Shown: positions 37,934 to 48,800, counted from the first letter of the stretch. The stretch is DNA of 62,720 nucleotides from Nitriliruptorales bacterium (GCA_024644015.1 JAHELV010000020.1:1-62720); one strand, 5' to 3'. Numbers and translations: made by a program. The notes: generated by a model from the letters alone, not told the origin.

Positions 37934-39466
37934 ATGAGCACCCCAGATGCCCCTCACGGTCCAGATGCCCCTCGTGATCCGGCCGCCGGCGATCAGCCGC
38001 CGGCAACGCCCGACTCGCCGGCCGGGCTGCCCGACGGCGGTCCACCGGTCGATGACGCGGAGACCATCGTCCAATCGGACGCTGGCAGCCCGATAGGCTC
38101 ACAGCCAGCGCCGGGGCCGCCTTCGGGTGACGACGGACCCCCACCGTCGAACGATGACGGACCCCCACCGCCGAACGACGACGGACCCCCGCCGCCGAGC
38201 GACCTTCCCCCGCCCGGCGGCGGCGCGGCCCCATGGCCCTCCATCGGCGGCCGGCGCTTGTACCGACGGTCGGACGACCGCGTCATCGCCGGTGTCGCCA
38301 GCGGCCTCGGCGACTACTTCGGCATCGACCCTGCGATCATCCGGCTCGCCTTCGTCGGCCTGGCGATCTTCGGCGGCAGCGGATTCCTGCTGTACCTCCT
38401 GGGGTGGGTGTTCCTACCGGTCCGCGACAGCGGTACCTCCGTCGGCGAGGGCCTGGTGCGCAAGGTGGGCGGCGGACGGTCGGCGGGCGGCCTCGTGCTG
38501 ATCATCGTCGCCGCCGTGGTCATCCTCGACAGCACCCGGTTCTTCGGCGGCAGCCTGTTCTGGGCCGCCCTGCTGATCGGCGTCGGCGTGCTGCTGTTCC
38601 GCAGCGACGGAGACAGTGACGGGGAGCCAGGCGACCGACGGCAGACGCCGGCGGCCGGGCGAGCTGACGAGCGTCCGGCCGCGGGGGCCTCGTCCGACAG
38701 CTCACTGGCGACGCGTGCACAGCCGCCCGGGGTGGCTCCGACGACGACCGCGGTCTCCCAAGAGGTCTACGACGAGCTTCCGCCGCCTCCGCCTGGCCTG
38801 TATGACGACTGGCGACCGACACCACGACCGGCACCGCCCGAGCCTCCACCACCGCCGTCGGTGCTCGGGCGTGTGACGGTCGCAGCGGCGCTGATCGTCG
38901 TCGGTGCCGTCGCGTTGCTCGACAACGTGACGGGGCTGGACGTGCCGATCGCCAGCTACGCGGCGCTCGCGCTGACCACGATCGGTGCCGGACTGCTCGT
39001 CGGTGCACGATGGGGTCGGGCGAGAGGCCTGATCGCGCTGGGCGCGGTCGCACTGGTGGTGTTGGTCGCGACATCGTTCGTACCGCGGCTTCCGACCGGT
39101 GGGGCCGGCCAGCGCGCGTACACGCCCCAATCGGCTGACCAGCTGCAGCAGCCGTACGAGCTGGGCTTCGGCGAACTCGTCCTCGATCTCACCCAGCTGG
39201 AGCTGCAACCGGCACAGGACGTCACGGTCGAGGCGACGATGGGCGTCGGCTCGCTCAAGGTCACCGTGCCCGACGGCGTCGGCGTCGAGGTGGACGCGGT
39301 CGCCGAGATCGGCACGGTGAAGGCGTTCGATCGGACCAGCGATGGAACCGACGCGCGAGTCAGCTTCTCCGAGCCGGGCGCTGAGGGCAGCCCAACGATC
39401 GTTCTGGATCTACGGAACAGCATCGGAGAGATCGATGTCCAGCGCGCACCGGTGGGAGTCAACTGA
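37934..39466 (+). CDS. pspC: PspC-domain membrane protein with C-terminal LiaF/DUF2154-like domain
   Basis: LYRRSDDRVIAGVASGLGDYFGIDP, TM helices, YELGFGELVLDLT...GVGSLKVTVP. Confidence 0.85.
   Translation: MSTPDAPHGPDAPRDPAAGDQPPATPDSPAGLPDGGPPVDDAETIVQSDAGSPIGSQPAPGPPSGDDGPPPSNDDGPPPPNDDGPPPPSDLPPPGGGAAPWPSIGGRRLYRRSDDRVIAGVASGLGDYFGIDPAIIRLAFVGLAIFGGSGFLLYLLGWVFLPVRDSGTSVGEGLVRKVGGGRSAGGLVLIIVAAVVILDSTRFFGGSLFWAALLIGVGVLLFRSDGDSDGEPGDRRQTPAAGRADERPAAGASSDSSLATRAQPPGVAPTTTAVSQEVYDELPPPPPGLYDDWRPTPRPAPPEPPPPPSVLGRVTVAAALIVVGAVALLDNVTGLDVPIASYAALALTTIGAGLLVGARWGRARGLIALGAVALVVLVATSFVPRLPTGGAGQRAYTPQSADQLQQPYELGFGELVLDLTQLELQPAQDVTVEATMGVGSLKVTVPDGVGVEVDAVAEIGTVKAFDRTSDGTDARVSFSEPGAEGSPTIVLDLRNSIGEIDVQRAPVGVN
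38129..38200 (+). repeat. 3 x 24-bp coding repeat (DDGPPP(S/P)(N/S))
   Basis: GAYGACGGACCCCCRCCGYCGARC. Confidence 0.9.
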
Positions 39467-39657
39467 TGGATCGTCACCGATTCGACCTGCTGTCGTTCAT
39501 CGCGGGCATCGTCTTCGTGATCGTCGGCGCGGCGCACCTGACCGGGTTCGACGTGACGAGCGCCTGGGTCGCGCTGGTACGCGCATGGCCGGTGCTGCTA
39601 CTCGTTGCCGGCGTCGCAGTGCTGGCGGGCGCCGTGCGTACCACCGACGACACCTGA
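39466..39657 (+). CDS. Small two-TM membrane protein of the psp locus
   Basis: HRFDLLSFIAGIVF...WPVLLL; TGATG overlap with pspC. Confidence 0.8.
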   Translation: MDRHRFDLLSFIAGIVFVIVGAAHLTGFDVTSAWVALVRAWPVLLLVAGVAVLAGAVRTTDDT

Positions 39658-39678
39658 ATCGCTACGCTGACGGGTGAC

Positions 39679-39751
39679 GCCCTCGTAGCTCAGTGGATAG
39701 AGCTCCGACCTCCTAAGTCGGGAGTCGCAGGTTCGATTCCTGCCGGGGGCA
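39679..39751 (+). tRNA. tRNA-Arg(CCT)
   Basis: GCCCTCGTAGCTCAGTGGATAGAGCT-CCGAC CTCCTAA GTCGG-GAGTCGCAGGTTCGATTCCTGCCGGGGGCA. Confidence 0.97.
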
Positions 39752-39808
39752 CGCAGGTCAGGCCAGCGTATCTGCTGGTCAGAGCACTTCTCGGCTATGT
39801 CCAACAGC

Positions 39809-39870
39809 TGCCACTCGTTGCCGCACATTGCCACTCTTGGCCGGCCTCACCCGGCCTGTACCCGGCCTGG
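39809..39870. repeat. Helically phased short repeats next to the left att
   Basis: TGCCACTCGT/TGCCGCACAT/TGCCACTCTT (10-bp period), then CCGGCCT x3 (10-11 bp period). Confidence 0.7.
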
Positions 39871-39966
39871 CCAGGACCGTACGGCCACATCGCATCACCC
39901 GCGGCGCGCGTGACGACCAGCTCGGTTCCGACCCGGGCGCGCGGTCGGGCCTACTCACGGGGCGCT

Positions 39967-39996
39967 GTGACCACCCGAAGGGCTCCGGCATGTCAC
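39967..39996 (+). repeat. Unnamed intergenic repeat, copy 1
   Basis: GTGACCACCCGAAGGGCTCCGGCATGTCAC. Confidence 0.6.
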
Positions 39997-40132
39997 CGGC
40001 TTGACACCAACGTCGAGGGTCGACGCCCCTCACAGACGGCCACACGGACGATCGATTAACCGGCGGAGTGCCGGGCTACCCGTGGGCCGTGTGTTCACTG
40101 TCCATACGTCGTGTCCGCGCATAAGGTGTCGC

Positions 40133-41785
40133 TCACTGGAGTGTGGCGACGACGCTGTCGGAGACGGTGGGCAAGGTGATGTGGCTCGCGCGGGTCGGCG
40201 CGTGGTGAATCTCATTGTCTGCGACGACGTGCCCGGTCGCGTGGGCCGGAGGTTCGCCGGTGCCGAGGTTGCGGGCGTAGCGCGGGAACGCCGCGCTGGC
40301 GATCTGCACGCGCAGGCGATGCCCACGGTCGAATCGGTGTGCGGTCGGCCACAGGCCGACGTCGACCGCGTGAACGCCGGCGGCGTCGGACGCCAGGTCG
40401 GGCAGATGCACCCGTCGGATGCCGTCGCACACGTTGCGGGAGCGGCCTCGGGTGTCGACGTCACACAGCCGCACGACGACATCGGTGTGCGCGACACTGG
40501 ATCGCAGGTGCACGGTCGCGCTGGGCGCGCCCGCGATCTCCAGCGGCGTGTGGAGCGGCTCGCTGGTGAACACCAACACGTCGTCGCGAGCCTCGACGCG
40601 GTGCTGGGACTTCCACGGAGTCCCACGCGCCGACGGCCCGCCGACGACCGGCGTGGGATCGGCGGGGTCGTAGCGGTACCCACTCGACGACGCCGTCGAC
40701 GGCTCGGCCATCGACAGGTATCCGTCGGCCTGGAGGTACCAGTGCCGCTCGGTCGTGCCCGCCGGCGGCCACGACGGCGCGTCACGCCAGCGATCGGCGC
40801 CCCCGACGTAGTAGCGGACCGGACCGCCAGCGAGCTCACCGGCGTCGCCGTAGACGTGGGCCCGGATCCAGCCGACGGCCTCGCTGAGGTACAGGCGCCC
40901 CGTCCTGGGGTCCTCGTGCACCCACGGTGCGATGACCAGCCGCCGCGCCGTGTCCGCGGGCAGCTGCGCCCAGTCCGCGAGCTGCCAAGGCAGGAAGTGG
41001 TCGTTCCACGACGTGACCATCGCGATCGGGGCGTCGAGTCGGGCGACGGCCGGCGACCAGTCACGGTCGTCCCAGAAGCGGTCATCGGGATCGGGGTGCG
41101 CGAGCCACCGCTGCCACCACGGCAGCGTGCGACCGGTCGCGACGCGGTCGGCGGCCGACAACGGCAGATGGCGCTGCGCACGTGCCAGACGACGGCCGCG
41201 AGCAGCACGCGCCAGCAGCGTCGCGATGCCGGGGCCGCGCGCCTGTTGGTCGGCGATCAGCGCACTCCAGTCCAGCCACCCCAACGACAAGACACCGTCG
41301 CCGAACACCGAACGCGCCAACCGTGACGATGTCAGGATCGCCGCGACCGCGACCAACTCATCCGACGGGACCGCATCGACGAGTGCCCACTGCGCCATCC
41401 CCATGTAGCTGGGCGCCGCGAGCACGAGCCGGCCCGGGTACCACGGCTGCGCACGCAGCCACGCCACGGTGTCGGCCCCGTCGTCGCCTTCGGCGAACGG
41501 GTCCACCTGCCCGCCCGTATCACCAGTTCCGCGGCAGCTGGCGATCACCACCTGCACACCACAGCCCGCGAACGTGCGCCCATACAGCCACCGCCACGGC
41601 TGCCCCCGCCCATACGCACTGCGCATCAGCAACACCGGTGCGTCCGCTCGCCCGGCCGGCACGATGCGGTCGGCGTGCAGCACGACACCATCCCGCATCG
41701 GCACCTCGAGGTCACGGTGGACCACGATCCGGTCCGTCCAGGCCGGCAGACCCACCAACCCCCGCACCCGCGATCGCCGCCGCAC
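40133..41785 (-). CDS. CocE/NonD family hydrolase
   Basis: VPMRDGVVLHAD, RSAYGR, SYMG, SWNDHF, PWVH, YDPADPTP, TAHRF...FPRYARNLG. Confidence 0.9.
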   Translation of the reverse strand: MRRRSRVRGLVGLPAWTDRIVVHRDLEVPMRDGVVLHADRIVPAGRADAPVLLMRSAYGRGQPWRWLYGRTFAGCGVQVVIASCRGTGDTGGQVDPFAEGDDGADTVAWLRAQPWYPGRLVLAAPSYMGMAQWALVDAVPSDELVAVAAILTSSRLARSVFGDGVLSLGWLDWSALIADQQARGPGIATLLARAARGRRLARAQRHLPLSAADRVATGRTLPWWQRWLAHPDPDDRFWDDRDWSPAVARLDAPIAMVTSWNDHFLPWQLADWAQLPADTARRLVIAPWVHEDPRTGRLYLSEAVGWIRAHVYGDAGELAGGPVRYYVGGADRWRDAPSWPPAGTTERHWYLQADGYLSMAEPSTASSSGYRYDPADPTPVVGGPSARGTPWKSQHRVEARDDVLVFTSEPLHTPLEIAGAPSATVHLRSSVAHTDVVVRLCDVDTRGRSRNVCDGIRRVHLPDLASDAAGVHAVDVGLWPTAHRFDRGHRLRVQIASAAFPRYARNLGTGEPPAHATGHVVADNEIHHAPTRASHITLPTVSDSVVATLQ

Positions 41786-42039
41786 CCAACGCTCCAGTCA
41801 CAGCCGACCTCGGACCAGCACAGGCATTCTGACCCACGACCGCGACGCGTGTAAACCACGACGACACCCGGGACGCAGCGACTGCTCCGCGCGGTGTCGA
41901 TCGACCGCACGCGGACAGCCCGCGCAGATCATCCCAGTACCGGGGCTACCCGACAGCTCCCGATTCCGCGGGTCGCATCGGCCAGTTGGCACTCGGGGGC
42001 GGCTGGCGAGCGTGGGAATAGCGTCGCGCTGGTTCGCAA

Positions 42040-42310
42040 CGGCCGATACCGGTGTGTCGGTGGGTCGGCCCGGGCGCTGATCCGAGTCGTGACGGTGGGT
42101 GCGCCCCTGGGTTGGCTCACTGGTCGGAGCCTCGGGCTGCTCGTCGTCAAGCAAGGGCCGGCGCACTTCGAACCAGTCACGGAGCAGTGCGTGGCCGGCG
42201 ACGTTCAGATTCACATCGATCGGACGTTCGGGCTCGATGAAGTGCCGCAGGCGTTGTCCTACGTCGGTGCGGGTCTCGCCCTTGGCAAGGTGGTCGTCGA
42301 CGTCACCTGA
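42040..42310 (+). pseudogene. C-terminal fragment of zinc-binding NADPH oxidoreductase
   Basis: GRYRCVGG...IDRTFGLDEVPQALSYVGAGLALGKVVV*; N-terminal two thirds absent. Confidence 0.7.
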
Positions 42311-42417
42311 CATCTCGCTTCGCCCGCACGCGTTCGGACCGCACCGTGACCGGTCGACGCAACTCGTCCGCCAGTGGCTGATGGCGCTCGCTCGACCGTC
42401 GTCTTCCGGTGAGGTCG

Positions 42418-43083
42418 CTAGGCGGATGCCATGGTCAGCTCGAGTGCGTCGAGGATAAGGTCGAGGCCGAACTCGAACTCCTCGTCGAAGCCGTATGACG
42501 ACGTGCGTGCGTGTTCACCCGCCTCCATGAGATGGGGGTACTCGTTTGCGGTCATCTGCTCGGGGACCGATCCCGCCGGCGCAGTCGGGTCGCCGGCCGT
42601 ACGCAAGGGCATGCTGGTCTCCTGGATCACGTGCCCGTAGACGTAGCTGTCGAGGATCCAGAAGGTGTGGATCGCGTCCTCGGTGGCGAACCCCGCCGAC
42701 CGCAGATTACCGAGGATCGCGTCCAGATAGCGTAGGACGGTGGGACCCAGCGAGCGGCGGCTCTCCAACAGCCCGACTGCCCATGAGTGGCGGCGGAAGA
42801 TCTCCCGCGCCGACACCGCTCGCCGTCGCATGGCGATCTTCCACTCGGTGCCTTCGATGGGTGGCTCGATCTCGGCGACGACGAGGTCGAGGATGCCATC
42901 GAGGATGTCGTCCTTGTTGGCGACGTGCTTGTAGAGCGCCATCGCCTCGACACCCAGCTGCGCGCCCAGGCGACGCATCGTCAGTGCGTCGAGTCCCTGT
43001 CGATCGACGAGATCGACGGCGGCGTACAGGATCCGCGTCCTGGTCAGCGGCTGTCTCGACGAGGTGTCGTTTTCGGGAGCCAT
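42418..43083 (-). CDS. TetR-family regulator (TetR_C type), probably leaderless
   Basis: LTMRRLGAQLGVEAMALYKHVANKDDILD, FEFGLDLILD; TAAGCT -10 just upstream of ATG. Confidence 0.93.
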   Translation of the reverse strand: MAPENDTSSRQPLTRTRILYAAVDLVDRQGLDALTMRRLGAQLGVEAMALYKHVANKDDILDGILDLVVAEIEPPIEGTEWKIAMRRRAVSAREIFRRHSWAVGLLESRRSLGPTVLRYLDAILGNLRSAGFATEDAIHTFWILDSYVYGHVIQETSMPLRTAGDPTAPAGSVPEQMTANEYPHLMEAGEHARTSSYGFDEEFEFGLDLILDALELTMASA

Positions 43084-43086
43084 AGC

Positions 43087-43124
43087 TTGACAGCTTACTA
43101 AGTACGCTGTAGTTTACTTAGTAA
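43087..43124. promoter_or_regulatory. sigmaA promoter (TTGACA-17-TAGTTT) overlapped by TetR operator
   Basis: TTACTAAGTA-N10-TACTTAGTAA perfect inverted repeat. Confidence 0.8.
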
Positions 43125-43152
43125 TCCAGCTATCCACCGAAGCGGAGGAGCC

Positions 43153-43716
43153 ATGTCTACCCACACCACGGCCCCGGAGAGCGTCGGAGCCTCAGCGCTC
43201 GGACCGACCGAAACGAAGGAGCACGACGTGAGAACGCACAGGGGTTCACCCAACCCGCTCGAGAACACGCAAGTCCCGGTGCAAGTGAAGCTCGCAGCCG
43301 CATGGACGAGCTTGATGTTCCTGTACATCTACGTGGACTACTTCCACCTGTACAAGCCCGGAGTCATCGACGACCTCCGGGCCGGTGTCGTCTGGGAGTT
43401 CCAGATCAGCCAGACCCTTCTTACAGTTTTTCTCGCGCTGATGGCGGTCCCGATCCTGATGATCGTCCTGTCGGTGATCCTGCCCGCGCGTGCGAACCGG
43501 GTGATCAACCTCGCCGTGGCATCGGTCTACGTCCCCGTCTCGGCGTTCAACGCGGTGGGCGAGTCGTGGACGTTCTTCTACGGCCTCTCCATCGGACTCG
43601 AGGTGCTGCTCCTGGCCTTCATCCTGCGCTCCGCCTGGACCTGGCCCCGCACGACCTCACCATCGACGCCGGACCTCGTAGCGCCGCGCCGACCGCAGCT
43701 CCAGATGGGACGGTAG
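43153..43716 (+). CDS. DUF6326-like membrane protein
   Basis: KLAAAWTSLMFLYIYVDYFHLYKPG...AWTWP; GGAGGAG RBS. Confidence 0.75.
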   Translation: MSTHTTAPESVGASALGPTETKEHDVRTHRGSPNPLENTQVPVQVKLAAAWTSLMFLYIYVDYFHLYKPGVIDDLRAGVVWEFQISQTLLTVFLALMAVPILMIVLSVILPARANRVINLAVASVYVPVSAFNAVGESWTFFYGLSIGLEVLLLAFILRSAWTWPRTTSPSTPDLVAPRRPQLQMGR

Positions 43717-43722
43717 GTACGC

Positions 43723-44049
43723 ATGGCTTCGATCCGAACAGCCGGTCTGACCAAGGACTTCGGCGACCTTCGAGCCGTCAACGAGATCGACCTCGACCTG
43801 CCCGAGAGTGGGGTGGCTGGGTTCGTCGGGCCGAACGGGTGCGGGCAAATCCACCACGATCCGCATGCTGCTCGGCCTGATCACGCCGACCAGGGGAGAC
43901 GGCGAGGTACTCGGGCACCCGATCAACCGGCCCGCCGCCTACCTCCATCGGGTCGGTGCGTTGATCGAAGCACCGGCGTTCTATCCGACGCTGACCGGGG
44001 AGGCGAACCTCCGGGTGTTCGCGACGTTGGGCGGACAGCCGCCGTGTAG
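43723..44049 (+). pseudogene. ABC transporter ATP-binding subunit, frameshifted and truncated
   Basis: LTKDFG...GFVGPNG, frameshift near 43838, then AGKSTTIRMLLGL...VGALIEAPAFYPTLTGEANL; no LSGG/Walker B. Confidence 0.8.
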
Positions 44050-44219
44050 AGGTCGTGGTACGCCTGCAGGCGGTCTCGGTGGAGTCTGTACTGGTCCTCA
44101 CGAGCGAATGCCTCGTCGCGCACTCGGCGGGCTTCCCGAGATTGCCAATAGTGGCCAACCCACACCCCGACTATCGCTGCCGCCCCGCCTACGGCCGTGG
44201 GCATCAGATCCTCGAACAT
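44040..44219 (-). pseudogene. Truncated hypothetical protein with N-terminal TM helix
   Basis: MFEDLMPTAVGGAAAIVGVWVGHYWQSREARR...RLQAYHDLY; runs into the ABC relic. Confidence 0.45.
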
Positions 44220-44266
44220 GCGAACCGTTGTAGCGCGTCATCACTTCGCAGCCTGTCAAGCGCAGT

Positions 44267-44318
44267 GCGCGGAGCGGCAAGGACCATCGCAGACCCCCGG
44301 ATGTCCTACGCCCCGTGC
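44267..44318 (+). repeat. Unnamed intergenic repeat, copy 2 (core 44280-44306) in an extended hairpin
   Basis: GCGCGGAGCG-gca-AGGAC-catcgcagacccccggat-GTCCT-a-CGCCCCGTGC. Confidence 0.65.
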
Positions 44319-44619
44319 GTCGGCCTAGCGTGGGCGAGCCGATGACACGGATGGCACCCGCGTGTCGTGAGGATCTTCTCTACGACTTCAAGGGCGGCCC
44401 TGCGGGCCGCCGTCTCGGTCCGCGTGCTTGACCAGGTCGACGTCGAGGAGCCCGCGCATGAGTGATCGCCCGCCACCGGGGGCGGGTGTGCCGGGAGGGA
44501 CGGTCAGGACGGTGGAGGGACGCCGGCAGTGCAGCTGAGCGTGTAGGTGGTGGAGAGGGAAAGGGAGGTAGAGCGCAGGCGGGCCACTGCGGGCGGGCCT
44601 CCTTCGTCGGCCCGTCCCG

Positions 44620-44811
44620 GAAGGCGGCGAGTATGACGCCGTCGGCCGCCGCGATCAGAGCAGGGTCAAGCGGATCGCGCGCGGCGTAGAAGCGGCGGAG
44701 ATGACGACCCTCACCCGCGGGCAGCGCCGCACCCTGGGTTTCGACGACGACGTCGTGGCCCATTGCCTTGCCCGTCGTCTCGAGGGCCTCGGCAGCCTCA
44801 TGGACCATCAC
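44620..44811 (-). pseudogene. PTS fructose-family IIB fragment
   Basis: AAEALETTGKAMGHDVVVETQG...LDPALIAAADGVILAA; catalytic CPTG motif missing. Confidence 0.65.
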
Positions 44812-44922
44812 GAATTGGACGGCTGCAAGCAGGATGACGGGTTAGTTGGCGTCGGGTCGACCGGGCGCCGCCATGGTGGGATGGGGTCGGCCGATGCCGA
44901 GCCCATCCCGCACGCGGGGGTT

Positions 44923-45312
44923 TCACGGCACGGGGAAACGGTCGAACGCGATGACAGGGCGGCTGACGGTCACGTCGACGCCGCCTCTGACCAGTCCGCG
45001 CATCTGTTCGAGCATCGCGTCTGTTGGCGAACCGTAGATGCGGATCGACATCGAGGAGAAGTCGAGGAAGTCTCTCGCAGCCTCGATGTGGTCGCCCACG
45101 AGCTGCAGGTGGAATGCCATGTTGTCGGCGTCGGCGTGGATCTGGACCGTAGTCGCCTCGGTACCGCTCTCGTTCACATGACACGCGAAGTACAGCATTC
45201 GAGGTTCGTTGTCCTCAACCACCTTCGCCGTGCGCTGGAAGCGCTGCTTGTACGCTTCGAGCATGTCCGGTTGGATCGCGTACGTGTTGATGAAGATGAA
45301 CGGATCGGCCAT
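44923..45312 (-). CDS. Hypothetical ABM/dimeric alpha-beta barrel-like protein
   Basis: FIFINTYAIQPDMLEAYK...EPRMLYF...VQIHADADNM...IYGSP; GAAGG/AAGGA RBS. Confidence 0.7.
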   Translation of the reverse strand: MADPFIFINTYAIQPDMLEAYKQRFQRTAKVVEDNEPRMLYFACHVNESGTEATTVQIHADADNMAFHLQLVGDHIEAARDFLDFSSMSIRIYGSPTDAMLEQMRGLVRGGVDVTVSRPVIAFDRFPVP

Positions 45313-45356
45313 CGAAGGTCCTTTGCGTGCACGCCCGAGACTGCGCCGGCCGGCGT

Positions 45357-45743
45357 CTACGATGCAGCCAGGCGGGTGAAGCCGGCCAGGCGCTCGGGAT
45401 TGAGCTCCAACTCGACCCCGTACTGTCGCAGGCCTTCGAGGGTGTGGTCGTTCAGCGTCCCGAAGACGAGCGCCCGTTCGGAGCCGGGCTCGAGGAACTC
45501 GTAGGCGGTCTCGCCGTGCGTGGAGACGACGTCCTTCATCCAGATGTCCATCGAGTCCGCGTCCGGGTGAACCTGGACTGCGGCCACCTCGCGCTGGTCC
45601 TCGCTGAGGAAGAGGTGGAACGCCAGGATGGTCGGGTGCGCCCCTTGGGCGAAGGCGGCGTGCTCCCTGGCGTACTCACGGTAGCCGTCGAGCTTGCCCT
45701 CCTGGATGCGTGCCGTGAAGATGAATACGAGTGGGGTGCTCAT
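45357..45743 (-). CDS. Hypothetical ABM/dimeric alpha-beta barrel-like protein (paralog of 44923-45312)
   Basis: FIFTARIQEGKLDGYR...VQVHPDADSM...VFGT; AAGGAGG RBS. Confidence 0.7.
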   Translation of the reverse strand: MSTPLVFIFTARIQEGKLDGYREYAREHAAFAQGAHPTILAFHLFLSEDQREVAAVQVHPDADSMDIWMKDVVSTHGETAYEFLEPGSERALVFGTLNDHTLEGLRQYGVELELNPERLAGFTRLAAS

Positions 45744-45783
45744 GGTTCCTCCTTGTCTGTGCATCGCAACCGTGCCCGACCTC

Positions 45784-45799
45784 GCTAACGGATTGCTAA
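45784..45799. promoter_or_regulatory. Putative SARP-type direct-repeat site
   Basis: GCTAA-N6-GCTAA (11-bp period) between the SARP gene and its divergent neighbours. Confidence 0.5.
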
Positions 45800-45860
45800 G
45801 AGATCCGCTCGCGAGACTGCGTCAACGCGACCGGGATGTGCCCGGCGCGGGCCGGTCCCG

Positions 45861-48800
45861 ATGAAGGTCCGGTTGCTCGGACCGACGGAGGTTGTCGGCG
45901 ACGACGGGCGGCTCGTGGCGCTGCCGCGGGGGTTGGCGCGCTCGTTGCTGGGACTGTTGGCGCTGCAGCCAGGCGCAGTGCTGTCCACCGACCGGCTGGT
46001 CGATGCACTGTGGGGCGCACAACCCCCTGCCACTGCCACGACGGCGCTCCAGGGGTACGTGTCCGTCCTTCGCAAGCGTCTTGAGCCGAACCGCAGTCGC
46101 GGGGAGGCTGCCAACATCCTGGTGACGCATCCTCCGGGCTACGTCCTCGCAATCGACTCCGATCGGGTGGATACCGAGCGGTTCCGACGGCTGGTGGGCG
46201 AGGCCATGGGGGCGTCGCAGCGGGAGAAGGCGCAGCGGCTCCGCGCGGCACTGAGATTGTGGCGCGGTCCCGCCCTCGCGGACTTCGTCTACGAGCCGTT
46301 CGCCCAGACTCCGATCGCGGCGCTGGACCAGCTGCGGCTGACGGCGCTGCAAGCCCGGATCGACGCCGACCTGCAACTCGGCCGGCATGCCGACGTGGTG
46401 GCGGAACTCGAGACGCTTGTGGCCGAGCATCCGTTGCACGAGGGTTTCTGCGGACACCTGATGCTTGCGCTGTACTGGTGTGGGCGACAGGCCGACGCCC
46501 TCCAGGTCTATCGGGATGCCAGAGAACGCCTCATCGACGAGCACGGGATCGAACCCGGTCCGCGTCTGCAGAGACTCGAACGAGCCATCCTCGACCACGA
46601 TCCCACGCTCGCCGTCTCTACGGCGGTGCAGGTGCCCGACACTGCCGATGCAGCGCACCACGCTTCGGGTGCATGGCTCGACGACGGCGGCCGCAGAACG
46701 GTCACCGTCGTCTTCGTCGACTGCTCGGTGGTTGCGTCGACGGCTGGCGGCCGTGCCGACCCAGAAGTGATGCAATCGATCGTCGCGCAGGGACATCGGG
46801 CGGTTCGTGTAGCGGTGGAACGGCACGGTGGCAGCATTCAGGGCGCCGTCGGCGACGTCCTGGCCGTGGTGTTCGGGCTTCCTGTCGCCCACGAGGACGA
46901 TGCGGCCCGTGCGGTACGCGCGGCTGTGGCGATCCGCGGCGAGCTTGCGCGCGTCAACGGGCAAGCAGAGACCGACCACGGGCTGGCGCTGGCGGGCCGG
47001 ATTGGAATCGACACCGGCGAGGTCGTGGTCACGGATTCCGCCGTCGATGGCACTGCGGTAACCGGCTCGCCGGTGGCACAGGCGGCGCGCCTTCAGCAGG
47101 CCGCCGGCGACGATGAGGTGCTCCTCGCTGATACGACGCGTCGCCTGGTGCAGGGGATCGCGTTCACCGAGCCCGCCGCGGGCACGGGTGTGTCGCGCTT
47201 GGTCGACGTCGTGGAAGGGCCCCCGAGGTTCGTCGCGCCCGACGGCGCGCTCGTCGGTCGGGATCACGAGTTCGCCGAGCTTGTCGATGTCCTCGACACC
47301 ACCGTGCGTGACGGACAGGCTTCGATGGTCACCGTCTTTGGTGAAGCGGGTATCGGCAAGTCCCGCCTGGCTCAGGCGTTCACGGACGACATCGAGGACG
47401 GACGCGTGGTCGTCGGGCGCTGTCGGGCGTACGGCGACGGCATCACCTTCTGGCCGCTGCGGGAGATCGTCGCCGATCTGGCCGGCGCGACCGGAGACGG
47501 TCTCACCGAGATGCTCGCCGGCCAGCCGGACGGCTCGTCCAACGCTGCCCAGATCGCCGCTGCCGTGGGCCTCCGCGAAGACGCAGTTGACCGTCCCGCC
47601 GAGCTGTTCCCGGCGTTTCGCCAGCTGTTCGAGGCGGCGGCACGTGACCGGCCGCTGGTCGCCGTGGTCGAAGACGCGCACTGGGCCGAGCCCACGCTGC
47701 TCGATCTGGTCGAGTATCTCGCGGCGACCGTCCGGGGACCGGTGCTCTGGCTCTGCCTCGCCAGGCCCGACCTGCTCACGCGGCGGCCGGAATGGGGGTC
47801 GGAGCTCGCGGCACCGAGGATCAGGCTCGAGCGGCTGTTGACACCCGACGCCCGCCGACTGGTCATCGACCGGCTGGGAGGTCGCCCGCTCGCGTCGGAG
47901 ACGATGGGCCACATCCTCGCGATGGGCCAGGGCAATCCGCTCTTCCTCGAGCAGTTGCTGGCCGCCGCGCACGACCAGTCCGAACTGCGCCTACCTCCGA
48001 CCGTCGACGCGCTTCTGAGCGCCCGACTCGACCAGCTGGGTCCCGCCGAGAAGGACGTGCTGCGGGCCGCTTCGGTCATCGGAACCGACGTGCCTCGCGA
48101 TGCACTCGCCGCGCTGATGCCCACCGAGGCTCGCGCCCATCTGGAACGACACCTCACTGCGCTGACCGCGAAGACGCTGATCCGTCTGTGGCACCGCGAC
48201 GCTTCGGATGCCGGCGGCTTTGACTTCAACCACGTCCTGATCCAGCAGGCGGCCTACCGCAGTCTCACCCGCAGCGCCCGCGCCGAGCTCCACGAACGGC
48301 TGGCCACATGGCTCGAATCCGACCGGGACCCGCAACCCACCGACGCCGAAGAGCTCGTCGGGCGCCACCTCGAACAGGCGTTCCGACACGCTCGGGAGCT
48401 CGGTCGGTCCGACGTCGAGACCGCACGACTAGCGATCCGCGCTGGAGAACGGCTGGCCAGCGCCGGACTGCGCGCCTACGCCCGCTTCGACGTGCCCGCC
48501 GCGCAGAACCTCCTCGCACGAGCCCGCGATCTGCTGCCCGCGGACCACGACGCGCGGCCACGCGTGCTGCGTCGCCTCGCCGAGGCGTACCCGGTCATGG
48601 GACACCGAGACGAAGCGGAACAGGTGTTCGCGGAGCTCCTCGCACTGGCCAACGACACCCGAAGCGACGTTGAGGTCCGCAGTGTTCGGCTCGAGCACGC
48701 CCGCTTCCGGCTGATCACCGGCCCCGATCCGATCCCACTTGCCACCATCCAGGCAGATGCCGAAGAGGCGCTCCACGCCTTTCAGCAGGCCGGCCACGAT

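Noticed and set aside
40111..40135. dif-like half site (CCGCGCATAA)
   Set aside because: No XerD-type TTATGT arm at the 6-bp spacing
44477..44500. G-quadruplex motif GGGGG-C-GGG-N6-GGG-A-GGG
   Set aside because: Expected by chance at this GC content; no functional context
45822..47972. 716-aa minus-strand ORF
   Set aside because: Shadow of the SARP regulator
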